From Dictyostelium discoideum (Eukaryota), in assembly GCA_000004695.1 (NCBI GenBank), contig CM000152.2, positions 1,696,001 to 1,760,000 of the forward strand: a DNA stretch of 64,000 nt, written 5' to 3'. Positions 29,050 to 40,761 of the stretch are shown one piece after another. The first letter of the stretch is position 1; the number at the start of each line of letters is the position of its first letter. The notes beneath the pieces are model-generated. The model was not told the DNA's origin, did not search any database, and worked only from the letters and a program-made list of their open reading frames with translations. The position numbers and the translations under genes are program-made.

Positions 29050-29233
29050 CTTGAATATTACCATGTTGATTCTCTTTTTCAATAACATCATATACTAAAA
29101 CATGACCTTCTGTAGTTCCAATGAATAAATGTTTCTTTCCTTTATATTCCCATTGTTCAATACATTCTATTCTTTGTGGAAATTTGTCGAATAGATTTTG
29201 TGATACAAAAGCGTTCATATCAACTTTATTCAT
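29050..29233 (-). CDS. vps39: Vps39/Vam6 (HOPS subunit), exon 1
   Basis: MNKVDMNAFVSQNLFDKFPQRIECIEQWEYKGKKHLFIGTTEGHVLVYDV aligns with the human VPS39 N-terminus (CNH domain). GTAAGT donor, phase 1. Confidence 0.8.
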
Positions 29234-29471
29234 TTTTGATATTATATATACAATTATTACTCTTTAAGAGCAATATATAAAGAAATTTGAAAAAATAAAA
29301 AAAAAAAATAAAACACAAATAAAAAAAAAAAATAAAAAAATGGTGTTGTGACGATAGTGCTTAAGATATTTTATTTTTTAAAAAAAAAAATAAAAAATAA
29401 AAAAAAAAAATAAAAAAATGTTTTTTTATAAATTTTTTTTTTTTTTTTTTTTATGAAAATTTTTTTTTAAC

Positions 29472-29507
<36 letters not shown>

Positions 29508-29632
29508 TTACATCAACTTCATTATTTTTAATATTTAAAAAAAAAAAAAAAATAATAAATATTTTTATTTATAGTAATAATAATTCAAAAAAAACACACA
29601 TATAGGATTATATATATATATATTTAGTAGAA

Positions 29633-30064
29633 ATGGAATCATTAATTGAATTACCATTTAATTTTTTAAAATGTCCAAAAATGAAATTAAAAGTACCAAA
29701 TATCAGTAAACCATCACCAATGACAATGTTTTCAGTAATTTTCTTTTCATACTTTTTAGTATCAAGTGGTATTATTTATGATTTAATTCAAAACCCACCA
29801 TCAATTGGTTATGAAAGAGATGAACGTGGTAATTCAAGACCAGTAGTATTCCAAATGTATCGTATCAATGGTCAATATATTATCGAAGGTCTTTCAGCAG
29901 GTTTCATATTTTTATTGGGTGCTTTAGGTTATATCATTTTAGATTTAAATGCCAAGAAAAACAACTCCTATCTTTTTGCCATTGGTTTAGCTTTAATCGT
30001 TGCAACTTATAATATTGCCATCGTTTTCATTCGTATGAAAATACCAGGTTATTCTCCATTTTAA
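29633..30064 (+). CDS. ostc: Oligosaccharyltransferase complex subunit OSTC/DC2
   Basis: MESLIELPFNFLKCPKMKLKVP...YRINGQYIIEGL...IRMKIPGY is collinear with human OSTC ([22 protein letters not shown]...YRVNGQYIMEGL...MRMKLPGY) at 143 aa. Confidence 0.85.
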   Translation: MESLIELPFNFLKCPKMKLKVPNISKPSPMTMFSVIFFSYFLVSSGIIYDLIQNPPSIGYERDERGNSRPVVFQMYRINGQYIIEGLSAGFIFLLGALGYIILDLNAKKNNSYLFAIGLALIVATYNIAIVFIRMKIPGYSPF

Positions 30065-30505
30065 GAAATAAAATAATAATAATAATAAAAAAAATGGGCA
30101 GAAAAAGAAAAAAAAAAAAAAAAAAAAGAAAAAAAATAAATGGTATACAACACCCCTTAATTATGTATAAAATAAAATCTTAATCATAGATTTTTAAAAA
30201 ATTGAAATCTATGAAAAAAAAAAAAAAAAAAAAAAAAAACCCAATTATACTGTTTTGGAAATAATTAAATAATTATTTTATTATTACTTCTTTTATAATT
30301 TTGTTTTTTATAATTATTTTTATTTTTTTATTTTTTTTCAAATTCATTCATTTTTTTTTTTAAAAACAAATAAATAAATAATAGATAGAAATGAATAATA
30401 ATAATAATTATAATGAATATATAATATTTTTATTTAGAATATCTTAGAGATAGAAATGACCAATTAAATGACCAAAATTTATCACTATTTAGAATTATTT
30501 ACGAT

Positions 30506-31110
30506 ATGAGGGAGTTGATGGTAAAATTTTATAATTTCCCTAAAAAAGAAAAATATTTACTTTCAGAATTAGATTCAAAAGATATTGAAATTCAAGATAT
30601 AAAAAACGTATGTAAAATTAATATTACAATTATAGTTTTTTTTTTTTTTTTAAAAAAAAATAATTAATTTTTTAAAAAAAAAAAAAAAAAGAAATTGAAT
30701 CAAGATTTAATTAATTTAGAAAAAAAATTAAATCAACAAATTGAAAAAGAAAATAACGAAAGTAAATCAAAACAAATATTAATTGATGGATTACAAAAAA
30801 CAATTCAAGATATTGAATCACAAAAATTTATTGATAATAATGAATATGAAAATAGAATTCAAGAATATAAAATTAAAATTCAAGAATGTTTGTATAATTT
30901 TTTTTTTTTTTTTTTTTTTTCTTTTTAACATTTTAATTTATTTTAATAATTATTAAATAGATCAAGAAAAACTTAATGATCGATTAAAAAGTGAAACAAG
31001 GTTAAAGGATGAATTACAATTGGTACTAAATTCTAAAAATGATGAAATTATTAATTTAGAACAAGGTGTATGTAATTATATCTTAATTTAGAATAAATTT
31101 TAAATACTAA

Positions 31111-31144
<34 letters not shown>

Positions 31145-31273
31145 CTGATTAAAATAGAAAAAAGAATTTGAAAAGCAAATTGGGGAAATAAATAGAGAAA
31201 ATGAACAATTAAAAATAAAATTATCAAACTATCAACAAAAGATATTACAATACCAACAACGTCAACATCAGCC

Positions 31274-31363
<90 letters not shown>

Positions 31364-31571
31364 GCAACAACAAAATCAACAGCAACAATATCATCAGCCA
31401 ATAGTTGTACAAAACCCTCTACATCTAAATAATAACAATAATAGTAATACGCCAAATGCCAACAATAATAATAGTGGTGGTGGTGGTGGTAATGGCAATC
31501 ATTTGAATAACTACGGTATCAGTGTCCCAATTAAAAAATCATCCTTATCAACAAGGAAATCATTTAATTAA
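30506..31571 (+). CDS. Q-rich coiled-coil protein, about 4 exons (approx. 30506-30607, 30692-30887, 30961-31067, 31158-31571)
   Basis: The exons carry GTATGT, GTTTGT and GTATGT donors and AG acceptors. The last exon includes a (CAA)45 poly-Q run and an N/G-rich tail. The 5' end and one acceptor are uncertain: my reading of an A-run near 30720 disagrees with the ORF track by 1 nt. Confidence 0.4.
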
Positions 31572-31719
31572 AATAAATAAATAAATGATTGATTTTTTTA
31601 ATATATATATTATAATACAATTTATTTAATTTGAGTTTTTCTTTTTTTCTTTTTTTTTTTTTTTTTTTTTTTTTTAATCTTTAAGATCCATTATTCATTT
31701 TGAAAGTGGTATTAACAAT

Positions 31720-31823
31720 TTATTCTTGTACAGTCTTGAATGTTGCTTCTAAATAATCAACTTGTCTATCTAAAATGGTTAATTTTTCATTGAGATCTGA
31801 TAATTTATTTCTAGTTGATAATT
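31720..31823 (-). CDS. brk1: BRK1/HSPC300, exon 2 (ELSTRNKLSDLNEKLTILDRQVDYLEATFKTVQE*)
   Basis: TTAATATAG acceptor with a 74-nt intron. Matches human [27 protein letters not shown]. The total product is 68 aa. Confidence 0.7.
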
Positions 31824-31897
31824 CTATATTAAAATTGATTAGTTATGGTCAAACAGGAGGGGTTATTAAGAAAAGTGGTTAAAATATAAACACTTAC

Positions 31898-32000
31898 CAA
31901 ATTTATTTAAAAATTCAACAATCTTTTGAATATTAATGCTCATATCTTCAATAAATTCTCTTTGTTCCCAATCTTTTTGAATATTTGTTTTTGTTGACAT
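31898..32000 (-). CDS. brk1: BRK1/HSPC300 (SCAR/WAVE complex small subunit), exon 1
   Basis: MSTKTNIQKDWEQREFIEDMSINIQKIVEFLNKF matches the human BRK1 motif DWANREYIE....IKKIADFLNSF. GTAAGT donor, phase 1. Not in the ORF track because the product is under 60 aa. Confidence 0.7.
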
Positions 32001-32294
32001 TTTATATTATATTTATTAATAAAGTTTTTTTTTTGATTATTTTTGTGTGAATGTAGCGACTTTTATAGATTTTTTTAATTTTATTAAAAAAAAAAAAAAA
32101 AAAAAAAATTTGAAAAAAAAAAAAAAAATATTTAATTTTTATTTTTTTTTTAATTATTATTATTTTTTCATTTTTTTTTTTTTGTTTTTTTATTTTATTT
32201 TATTTTTTTTAAAAATTCAACACACACAAAATTTTAACTATGCATTCTTTCAATTTAAACAAATAATTTTTTAAAAATAGATAATATAGATAAA

Positions 32295-33798
32295 ATGGAA
32301 ACAAATGAAATTGAACTTCAAAAAAGGATATCGCATTTAAAAAATTTAATAAATTCACATAAACAACAACAACAACAACTGCAACAGCAACCACCGCAAC
32401 AACAAATTTCAATACAACAACCAATAAAACCAATTTTTAATAAATTACCTCCAAACCACTTAAAAACACAACAATATAAACCAACTCCAACATTTAATAA
32501 AAAGATTATTCAAAAACCAGTTAATAAAACAGTAAATTACAATTTAATTCCTCAAACTTCACCAACATTTAAACAAACACCACCTGTGGAACCACTTGTA
32601 AATACAATTCAACCTATTACAGCAATAACAACAACAAAAGTGATAACCACCCCAACTAAAACAAACAATGTTATATTTAGTGGATATAAACCAAAAGAAA
32701 GCTTAAATAAAATTAATGCAGTTAAACCACCACCACCATTATCATCCCAATTGAAATCGTCAAATGTAATATTTAGTGGTTTTAAACCACCATCTTTCAA
32801 AACACAAAATAAATTATTTACATCCCGTTCTACCACTATTGGTAGTAATAAATATTATCCATCACCATCATCACCATCATCGAGAATATTTTTAAAGGCA
32901 CCAATGATTACACCAAAAAGATTAACATTTAAACCTACAGCATCAGCAATAGCATTAAAAGTAAAAAGACAACAAATCCTAAAGAATAAACTATTAGCAC
33001 TTAAAAAAATTAAACAAAATAAACCATTACAATCAAATAAAGTAATGAAAGCGCCATCTACAATCTCACCAAAAGTTATAGATTCTATATTCATAAAGAA
33101 AGGAAATAGTTTAGTTAGAAAGAAACTTGATGATAATTATATAACAATTGGAAATAAATTAATTAGATCTAATACAGCCACGACAACAGCAGCAGCAACA
33201 ACAACAATCAATATACCAATATCTCACTCTAAATTATCGATAGTACCAAAACCAATAGTAAGAAGACCAATTATAAAACCACCATTATTAATTAATAATA
33301 AAATGAAAATTAGTGAAAAGATTAAAGAAGCGATAAATAAAAAGAAATTAGAAGTTAGTGAAAAGAAAAAAAAGAAGAAACAATATTGTTTATTTTTTAA
33401 TAGATTTGGTAAATGTAATAATGGAAATGATTGTAGATATGAACATGAACCAAAAAGAGTTAGAATATGTCCTAAATTTATAGCGGGCAACTGTGATGAT
33501 CCAGATTGTAAACTTCAACATTCCCTTGATTTGGATCTAATGCCCATTTGTCATTTATTCCTCAACAGAATGTGTACAAATGATAATTGTCCATATCTTC
33601 ATGTCAATCTTTCAAAAGATACAGAAGTTTGTCCAGATTTTATAAGTGGATATTGTCCGAAAGGTTCAAAATGTGAATTAAAACATACTTATACAAAGAA
33701 AGAAAAATCAAATGATAATAATATTGATAATAATAATAATAATAATAATAATACTACTAATACTAATAATAATAATAAAAAGAATAATGGTGAAGATG

Positions 33799-33833
<35 letters not shown>

Positions 33834-34100
33834 TTCGATAACAGCGATTATAATAAAACTCAAGATTCATTTTTTGATGATATGCATAAATTTTATGAAT
33901 TAGATAATGTAAGTAAATATGATGACGATAATAATGATAATAATAATGATATTGATAAAAATAATAATAATGATGATGATAATGATGAAAATGATCATGA
34001 TAATTATCATAAAAAAGATATTTATGAAATTAATACCCCCAATAAAATGGAAGATATTCACTCATTTATGCCTGTTGTAAATAACTTTAAAAAAAAATAA
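32295..34100 (+). CDS. CCCH-type zinc-finger protein (ZC3H3-like), 601 aa
   Basis: Three consecutive C-x7-8-C-x4-6-C-x3-H fingers: CLFFNRFGKCNNGNDCRYEH, CPKFIAGNCDDPDCKLQH and CPDFISGYCPKGSKCELKH. The flanks are Q/P/T-rich and N/D-rich. Confidence 0.7.
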
Positions 34101-34457
34101 TAATCAAAAAATAAAAATAAAGAAAAAAAAAAATAAAAAATAAAAATAAAAATAAAAAAAAAAAAAAATAAAATAAAAATTTAATTTTCGATGGTCCCTG
34201 GGCAAATCCATAACCGAATTTTTTAGGTTTTGTGTGAGTTTTTTAATATTTTCATTTTCTTTTTTTTTATTTTCACTTTTTTTATTTTTTATTTTTTATT
34301 TTTTTTTTCTAAGCAAGAGTTATTATTAGTAACCATTCCAATACGTATGTTAATTACAACACATTAATTGTTTATAATTTTTATTTTTATTTTTATTTTT
34401 TTTTTTTAATTGTTTTTTTTTTTTTTTTTTTTTTCTTTTTTTTTTTAAAATTAATTT

Positions 34458-34488
<31 letters not shown>

Positions 34489-35084
34489 TTAATTTGTTTT
34501 ATTTCATTTTTTTTAAACACACTATGATTGTGTGAAATAAAAAAAAAAAAAAAAAAAAAAAACAAAAATAAATAAAAAATAAAAATAAAAATAAAAATAA
34601 AAATAAAAAAAAAAAAAAAAAAAAAAAAATATATCCAGAGCTAGACAAAATGCTTTTGACAGTGTGATATCAGCAACTGAAAATATCCGCCAACGCTTTT
34701 TTTTTTTTTTACTTTTTTTTTTTTTCTATTTTTTTTTTATTTTTTTTATTAATTTTTTCTATTTTTTTTTTTATTTTTTTTTTGGTGTTTTTTTTTCTTT
34801 TTTTCTGTTATTTATTACAATCAATTTAATCGTTCATCAGCCTATAAATCGTATATATCCAAAGAAATATTGTTTACATTTTAATATAAATATCAAAAAT
34901 TATATATCATATAAAATATTAATATCTTTTTATTTATATCTTAAAATAGGTGTTTAGAAAAAAAACAAAAAAAAAAAAAAATAAAAAAAAAAAAAAAAAA
35001 AAAAAAAACAAAACAACAAAACACAATTTTTTAAAATTTTTTTTTTTATTTTTTTTTTTTATTTTTTTTTTTTAAACCAAAGAT

Positions 35085-35241
35085 ATGGGTAAAGAAACTA
35101 AAATCGATAAATTTGAAAAAAGTAAATATAATAAACGTTACAATGAACCAAATGATCCTTTAGAAATCGATTATATGAGAGGTTATCAAACAACCACACT
35201 CTCAAATATTTTACATTATGGTTTAATTATATTATCAGCAG
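35085..35241 (+). CDS. P5B-type P-type ATPase (ATP13A2/Ypk9-like), exon 1
   Basis: ATG at 35085 (MGKETKIDKFEKSKYNKRYNEPNDPLEIDYMRGY...LIILSA). GTAATG donor, phase 1. Confidence 0.6.
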
Positions 35242-35370
35242 GTAATGTATAATTTTTCATCATCATCATCATTATTATTATTATTGTCATAAAAATCAAA
35301 ATTTTAATATATTTAATAATTATTATTATTATTATTATTATTTTTATTTTTATTTTTTTTTTATTTATAG

Positions 35371-38300
35371 GTTTATTATTATTAGTTTATCATTGGGTAC
35401 CAAGATGGGGTATTAAAATGAGATTTAAAGAATGTAAATTAAATGATGCAAATTATGTTTATGTTAAAGCAAAAGATAAGAAATATGAACTTAGTCAAGT
35501 GAAACATGTATTAATTGGAAAGAAAGATTTAGAATTTTCAGAAAGTGAAAAGAAGGATAAATATATTGAATTCAAATTCACTCGTTTATTCTATAATGTA
35601 GAGAAAGATTTATTCATTAGACCAATTAGTAACACTGATTATCATAGAAGTAAAATCAATGAATTGGTGAAGACCGGTTTATCAATGAATAAATATCAAG
35701 AGGGTAGAGATCTTTTTGGACCCAATTTAATTAGTGTGCCATTGAAATCAATTCCATCATTGTTGTTAGACGAGATTTTACATCCATTCTTTATCTTTCA
35801 AATTTATTCAATCATTCTTTGGTGTACAGAAGATTATTATGTTTATGCAGGTGCAATTCTTTTCATTGCTTTGGTTACTGCCATTTTCACATTACGTGAG
35901 ACTCGTAATAATCTCTTGCGTTTAAATGAGATCGCCACCTATAGATGTGATGTGACAGTGTTAAGAGATGGTAAACTTCAAGTGGTATCCTCAGAGACAT
36001 TGGTTCCAGGTGATATTATCGAAATTCAAAAATCATTGGTACTTCCATGTGATTTTTGTTTATTAACTGGTACTGTAATTCTCAACGAGTCAATGTTAAC
36101 AGGTGAATCGATCCCAGTTACAAAGTATTCATTGGAGGAGTGTTCAGGTGATCAATTGTCTGTGGACCCATTGGTGAATAAACGTTGTGCAATGTCTGGT
36201 GGTACAAAGGTTGTTAAAACTCAAGCCAAAGAGAAGGATGCTAAAATCTTTGCAATGGTTACCAATACAAGTTGGTTAACTACAAAGGGTGGTTTGGTAT
36301 TGTCAATGTTGTATCCAAAGGAATCTCATTTCAAATTCTTTGAACAATCTTTGAAATTCTTGGGTGTACTTTGTTTCATTGCATTGATTGGTTTCGGTGT
36401 TTCAGTATGGAGATTAATTAAAGCAGGCGAACAATTAAGTGAGGTAGTTACCAAAGCATTGGATTTAATTACAATTGTTGTTCCACCAGCTTTACCAATG
36501 GCACAAAGTGTTGGTACAGGTTTCAGTATCGTACGTTTAAAGGCAAATAAAATCTTTTGTATTTCACCACCAAGAGTTAATATGGCAGGTAAAGTTGAAG
36601 TCTATTGTTTCGATAAAACTGGTACACTCACTGAAGATGGTTTAGATTTGTTTGGTGTATTACCATCCCATCAAGATAGTAATAATAGTGGTGGTTTTGG
36701 TACAGTAATTAAAACCGATTTAAATCGTATGACAGGTCCATTATTTTTAACAATGGCCACCTGTCATACTTTGGCTCATATCGATGAACAAGTTAGTGGT
36801 GATCCATTGGAAGAGAAGATTTTCACTGCAACAAATGCAAAGTTAAATGATAATGGTGAATTTGGTTTTTGTGCATCAATTCAATTGTCAAAAGTTGATA
36901 ATATCTCTATGGTTCATCAAGAATATCCAATCTCTACAGTGGATGTTGAAACCTCTGATCAAATTGCATTGGTTGAACGTTTCGAATTTCAATCTGCACT
37001 TCAAAGAATGAGTGTTGTAATTAGAGGTATTAGAGCAACCGATGGTTCAACTCAAAGTAGTAAAGATTTGGCAATTGTTAAAGGTTCACCAGAGATGATT
37101 AAAAAACTTTCAAATCCAACTTCAATTCCATCCGATTTTGAACATGTTCTTAGCACCTATACAAAGAAGGGTTATCGTGTATTGGGTTGTGGTTATAAAG
37201 AATGGGATCCATCAGATTCAATTGGTAAAACAAAGGATGAAATTAGATCAATGGTTGAGAGAGATTTAATGTTTTTAGGTTTCATTATTATGGAGAATAA
37301 AATTAAACCAGAGACTGCTGGTGCATTAAAGGTATTAAAGGATGCAAATATTCGTATCATTATGGTCACTGGTGATAATGTTCTAACCGCAGTTAGTGTT
37401 TCAAGAGAATGCGGTCTAGTCACTAAAGAGAAAACAATATTCTCGTCACAATTGGTTAATGATCCTGTAACTGGTAAACCAACAATGGTAGAATGGTTTG
37501 ATGTTACCTCACCTGAAGAATCAATTCCATTCACTTTGGACCCATACACTTTAACAATTAATAATGCTGGTGGTGGCAGTAATTACGATGATGAGTATAG
37601 TTTGGCTGTCACTGGTGATGTTTGGAAATATTATTATGATCAATTCAAAGCAAATGGTCAACCAACCATTTGTTTCAATCAAATCTTAAGAAAAGGTCAA
37701 GTGTTTGCACGTATGACACCAGATCAAAAACAAAATCTTATCGAGGAACTTCAAGTATTAGGACTCTATGTTGGCATGTGTGGTGATGGTGCAAATGATT
37801 GTGGTGCATTAAAAGCTGCACATGTTGGTATTTCTTTATCTCAAGCTGAGGCATCTATTGCCGCTCCATTCACTTCAACCATTACCAATGTAACTTGTAC
37901 CTATAATCTAATTAAAGAGGGTAGAGCATCATTAACAGTGTCATTCAAACTTTTCCAATTCATTGGTATGTACTCATTGATTCAATTTTGTCAAGTTATT
38001 CTATTGTATTTCGATGGTTCCGTATTGAATAACTATCAATATCTCTATCAAGATCTTTGGGTAATTTTCCCATTGGTAATTTTCATGGGTCGTACTGAAC
38101 CATGTAGTAAACTCTCCATCAAAAGACCATCCTCTCGTTTAATTAGTTCAACAGTTATTGGTAGTTTACTCAGTCATGTCACATTAACATTTGTTTTCCA
38201 ATTATTGGTTTACATTTTCGTACGTCGTAATTCATGGTATAAGGATTTACCCGACACAAGCTCCAATGAAAATGAACCAAGATTAGATCATTTATTGGCA

Positions 38301-38690
38301 TCCCTTTTCATCTATGGTAATATGCAATACTCTGTCATGTGTTTCATTTACTCTTGGGGTAAACCTTTCCTTAGACCAATTTATACCAATCGTGCATTAT
38401 TCATCTTCTTTTGTGTAACACTTACAACTTCTTCATTATTATTATTGTTGCCTGTTTCCATTAGATTCTTTGGTACAACATGGTTAATGGATTTACCAGT
38501 ACGTTGGAGAGTTGAACTCTTAATTCTCTTTATTATCAATGCTGCTCTCGCTATGGCTGCCGAATGGATTATCATTGTCTATCGTGAAATCAGATCAAAA
38601 TCAAAGAGAAAATTAAAACAAAAACAAAATTCCGATCCAAATATTATTGCAAAAAATACTGTTAATGAAAGATATACTAGTTTAAATTAA
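35371..38690 (+). CDS. P5B-type P-type ATPase, exon 2 (PPALP M4 motif, DKTGTLTEDGLD phosphorylation site, TGDNVLTAVSVSRECGL, GDGANDCGALKAAHVGISL)
   Basis: The acceptor TTATTTATAG ends at 35370 and joins in frame. The PPALP variant, instead of PEGLP, is diagnostic of P5B ATPases. The total is 1158 aa. This is the same ATPase class as Dictyostelium Kil2; whether it is that gene cannot be decided here. Confidence 0.8.
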
Positions 38691-38897
38691 ATTTTAGTAT
38701 TTAAAAAATTATTAAACAGTATAATAATAAATAAATAAAATAAAATAAAAATAATAACAATAAAATATAAGATCATTTTTTATTTTTTTTTTTTTTTTTG
38801 GTCAAAAACTGGACTTGTTTTTTTTTTTTATTTTTTTTTTTATTTTTTTTTTTATTTTTTGGTTTATTTTTAGTTTTTCATTTTTCAACAAAACAAA

Positions 38898-39165
38898 ATG
38901 TCAAACAAAAATGATTTAAAAGAGTTGATGAAAGCTAAAACTAAAGAAAGAGAGAAGAATTTATTATCATCACAACAAACAACAAATAGTTTAAATACAT
39001 CTACTACCAATAGTAATAATGATGATGGAAAACAATTTGCAAAGTATAATAGTCAAAAACAATTATTGTGTTCTTTATGTGAAGCAAAAGTATTAAGTGA
39101 TTCAATGTGGAAAGCTCATTGTAACTCTAAAAAACATAAAGAATTACTAGAAGTTTATCGAAGAA

Positions 39166-39260
<95 letters not shown>

Positions 39261-39426
39261 GATAAAAAGAAAAGAGAATTGGAATTTTTAATTACAGAAT
39301 CACAACCTTCCAAAATAATTAAGACAACAGAAGAAGAGGAAGAGGAAGCCTTAAAAGAAGTTTCAACAATAAGTAGTTTATTTGGTGCTTATAGTGACGA
39401 AGATGATGATGATGATAATAATAATA

Positions 39427-39477
<51 letters not shown>

Positions 39478-39679
39478 TTGAAATAAATTCGAAAAATAAT
39501 AGTTTTCCAAGTGGTTTTTTTGATAATCCAGAAGAAGAAAAAAAATCAATTATAAACGATGATTCAGATTTAGAGGTTAATGATAAATTACCAAAAGGAT
39601 TCTTTGATAATGATAGTATAAGGAAGAATGAAGATATTGATAAAGAAGAAATCGATGAAATAACAGAAGAGGAATTAAA
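38898..39679 (+). CDS. ZNF830/CCDC16-like U1-type C2H2 zinc-finger protein, exon 1
   Basis: QFAKYNSQKQLLCSLCEAKVLSDSMWKAHCNSKKHKELLE matches human ZNF830 ([41 protein letters not shown]). GTAAGT donor at 39680 overlaps the ORF-track stop. Confidence 0.65.
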
Positions 39680-39820
39680 GTAAGTTTTGTTTCAAATAAA
39701 AATTAAATTTTGTTTTGAATTTAATTAATTAATAAAATTGGTTGATATAGTACTAATGCAAAAAAAAAAAAAAATAAATAAATAAAATAAAAATAAATTA
39801 ATTATTAAAATATTTACTAG

Positions 39821-40319
39821 TAAACAACTTGAACAATATAATAATAATATTATTGATTCCACAACTACAACTATTGTTGAAAATGAAAATGATTATATTA
39901 TTAATAACGATAACAATAATAATAATAATAATAATAATATTAATAATATTGAAGAGGTAGATGATAAAAATAGTTATAAAGAAGAAAATGTTAATAGTAA
40001 TAAAGAACAACAACAACAAGAACAAGAACAAAAGGTAGAAAAAGAAGAAAACCTAATAAAGAAAGTTGATAAAAAAATAAATGAAAATGTTTTAATTGGA
40101 CGAGTTTTGAATAATTTTGAAAAAAAGGTTTTAGAATCAAAAATTGATGAACTTGAAAATAAGAGAAAAGATTTGAAATTAATGATTCATTCAAAAAATA
40201 ATATTAATGAAAAGGAGAACAAAAAAGAAGAAAGTGATGACGATGGTGATGATGATTTTAATTTCGATGAAGATGTCCAAATGTTGGACACTAGATCAAT
40301 ATTTCAAAAAAAGAAATAA
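39821..40319 (+). CDS. ZNF830-like, putative exon 2 (acidic/coiled-coil C-terminus)
   Basis: The acceptor TTTACTAG ends at 39820. The frame shared with ORF 40107-40319 is open from 39822 with no stop, and the join restores the codon. The model rests on frame continuity only. Confidence 0.45.
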
Positions 40320-40761
40320 AATTGTAAATAATTTCTCTAAACTTTCATATTTTTTTATTATTTATTTTATTTTATTTTATTTTTGTTTTGGATTACTCAA
40401 AATTAAAAAAAATTTTAAAAGGTTTTAATCAATATAATATGGAAATAAATTAATCTTACTTTTTTTTTTTTTAATTTTTTTTTTTATCATTTTCATCTAT
40501 AGTTTTAAAGTTTTACATTGTTAAATATATAAATTTATTTATTTCTTTTTTATTATTATTTTTTTATTTTTCTGGTGGTTACTTTTTTTGGCCTTCTCGG
40601 TGTTGGTATTTATTTTAAAAATCTTGGTTGGTTAATTTCTATCATAAATTAAATAATTTTAAAAATAGGTTTTATAGGGTTATCTTTGTCTAATTAATAT
40701 CTAGATAAAATGGGGTGTTATTGTTATGGTTTCAATTCCAAAAAATAATATTAAAAAAAAT

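Noticed and set aside
30650-30730. Possible frameshift in the coiled-coil gene at the A9 run near 30720
   Set aside because: My manual count of the A-run disagrees by 1 nt with the ORF track, which reads through cleanly (LINLEKKLNQQ). I treated it as my own counting error rather than a sequence feature.
39798-40031. Minus-strand poly-I ORF
   Set aside because: Antisense of the AAT-rich part of the putative ZNF830 exon 2.
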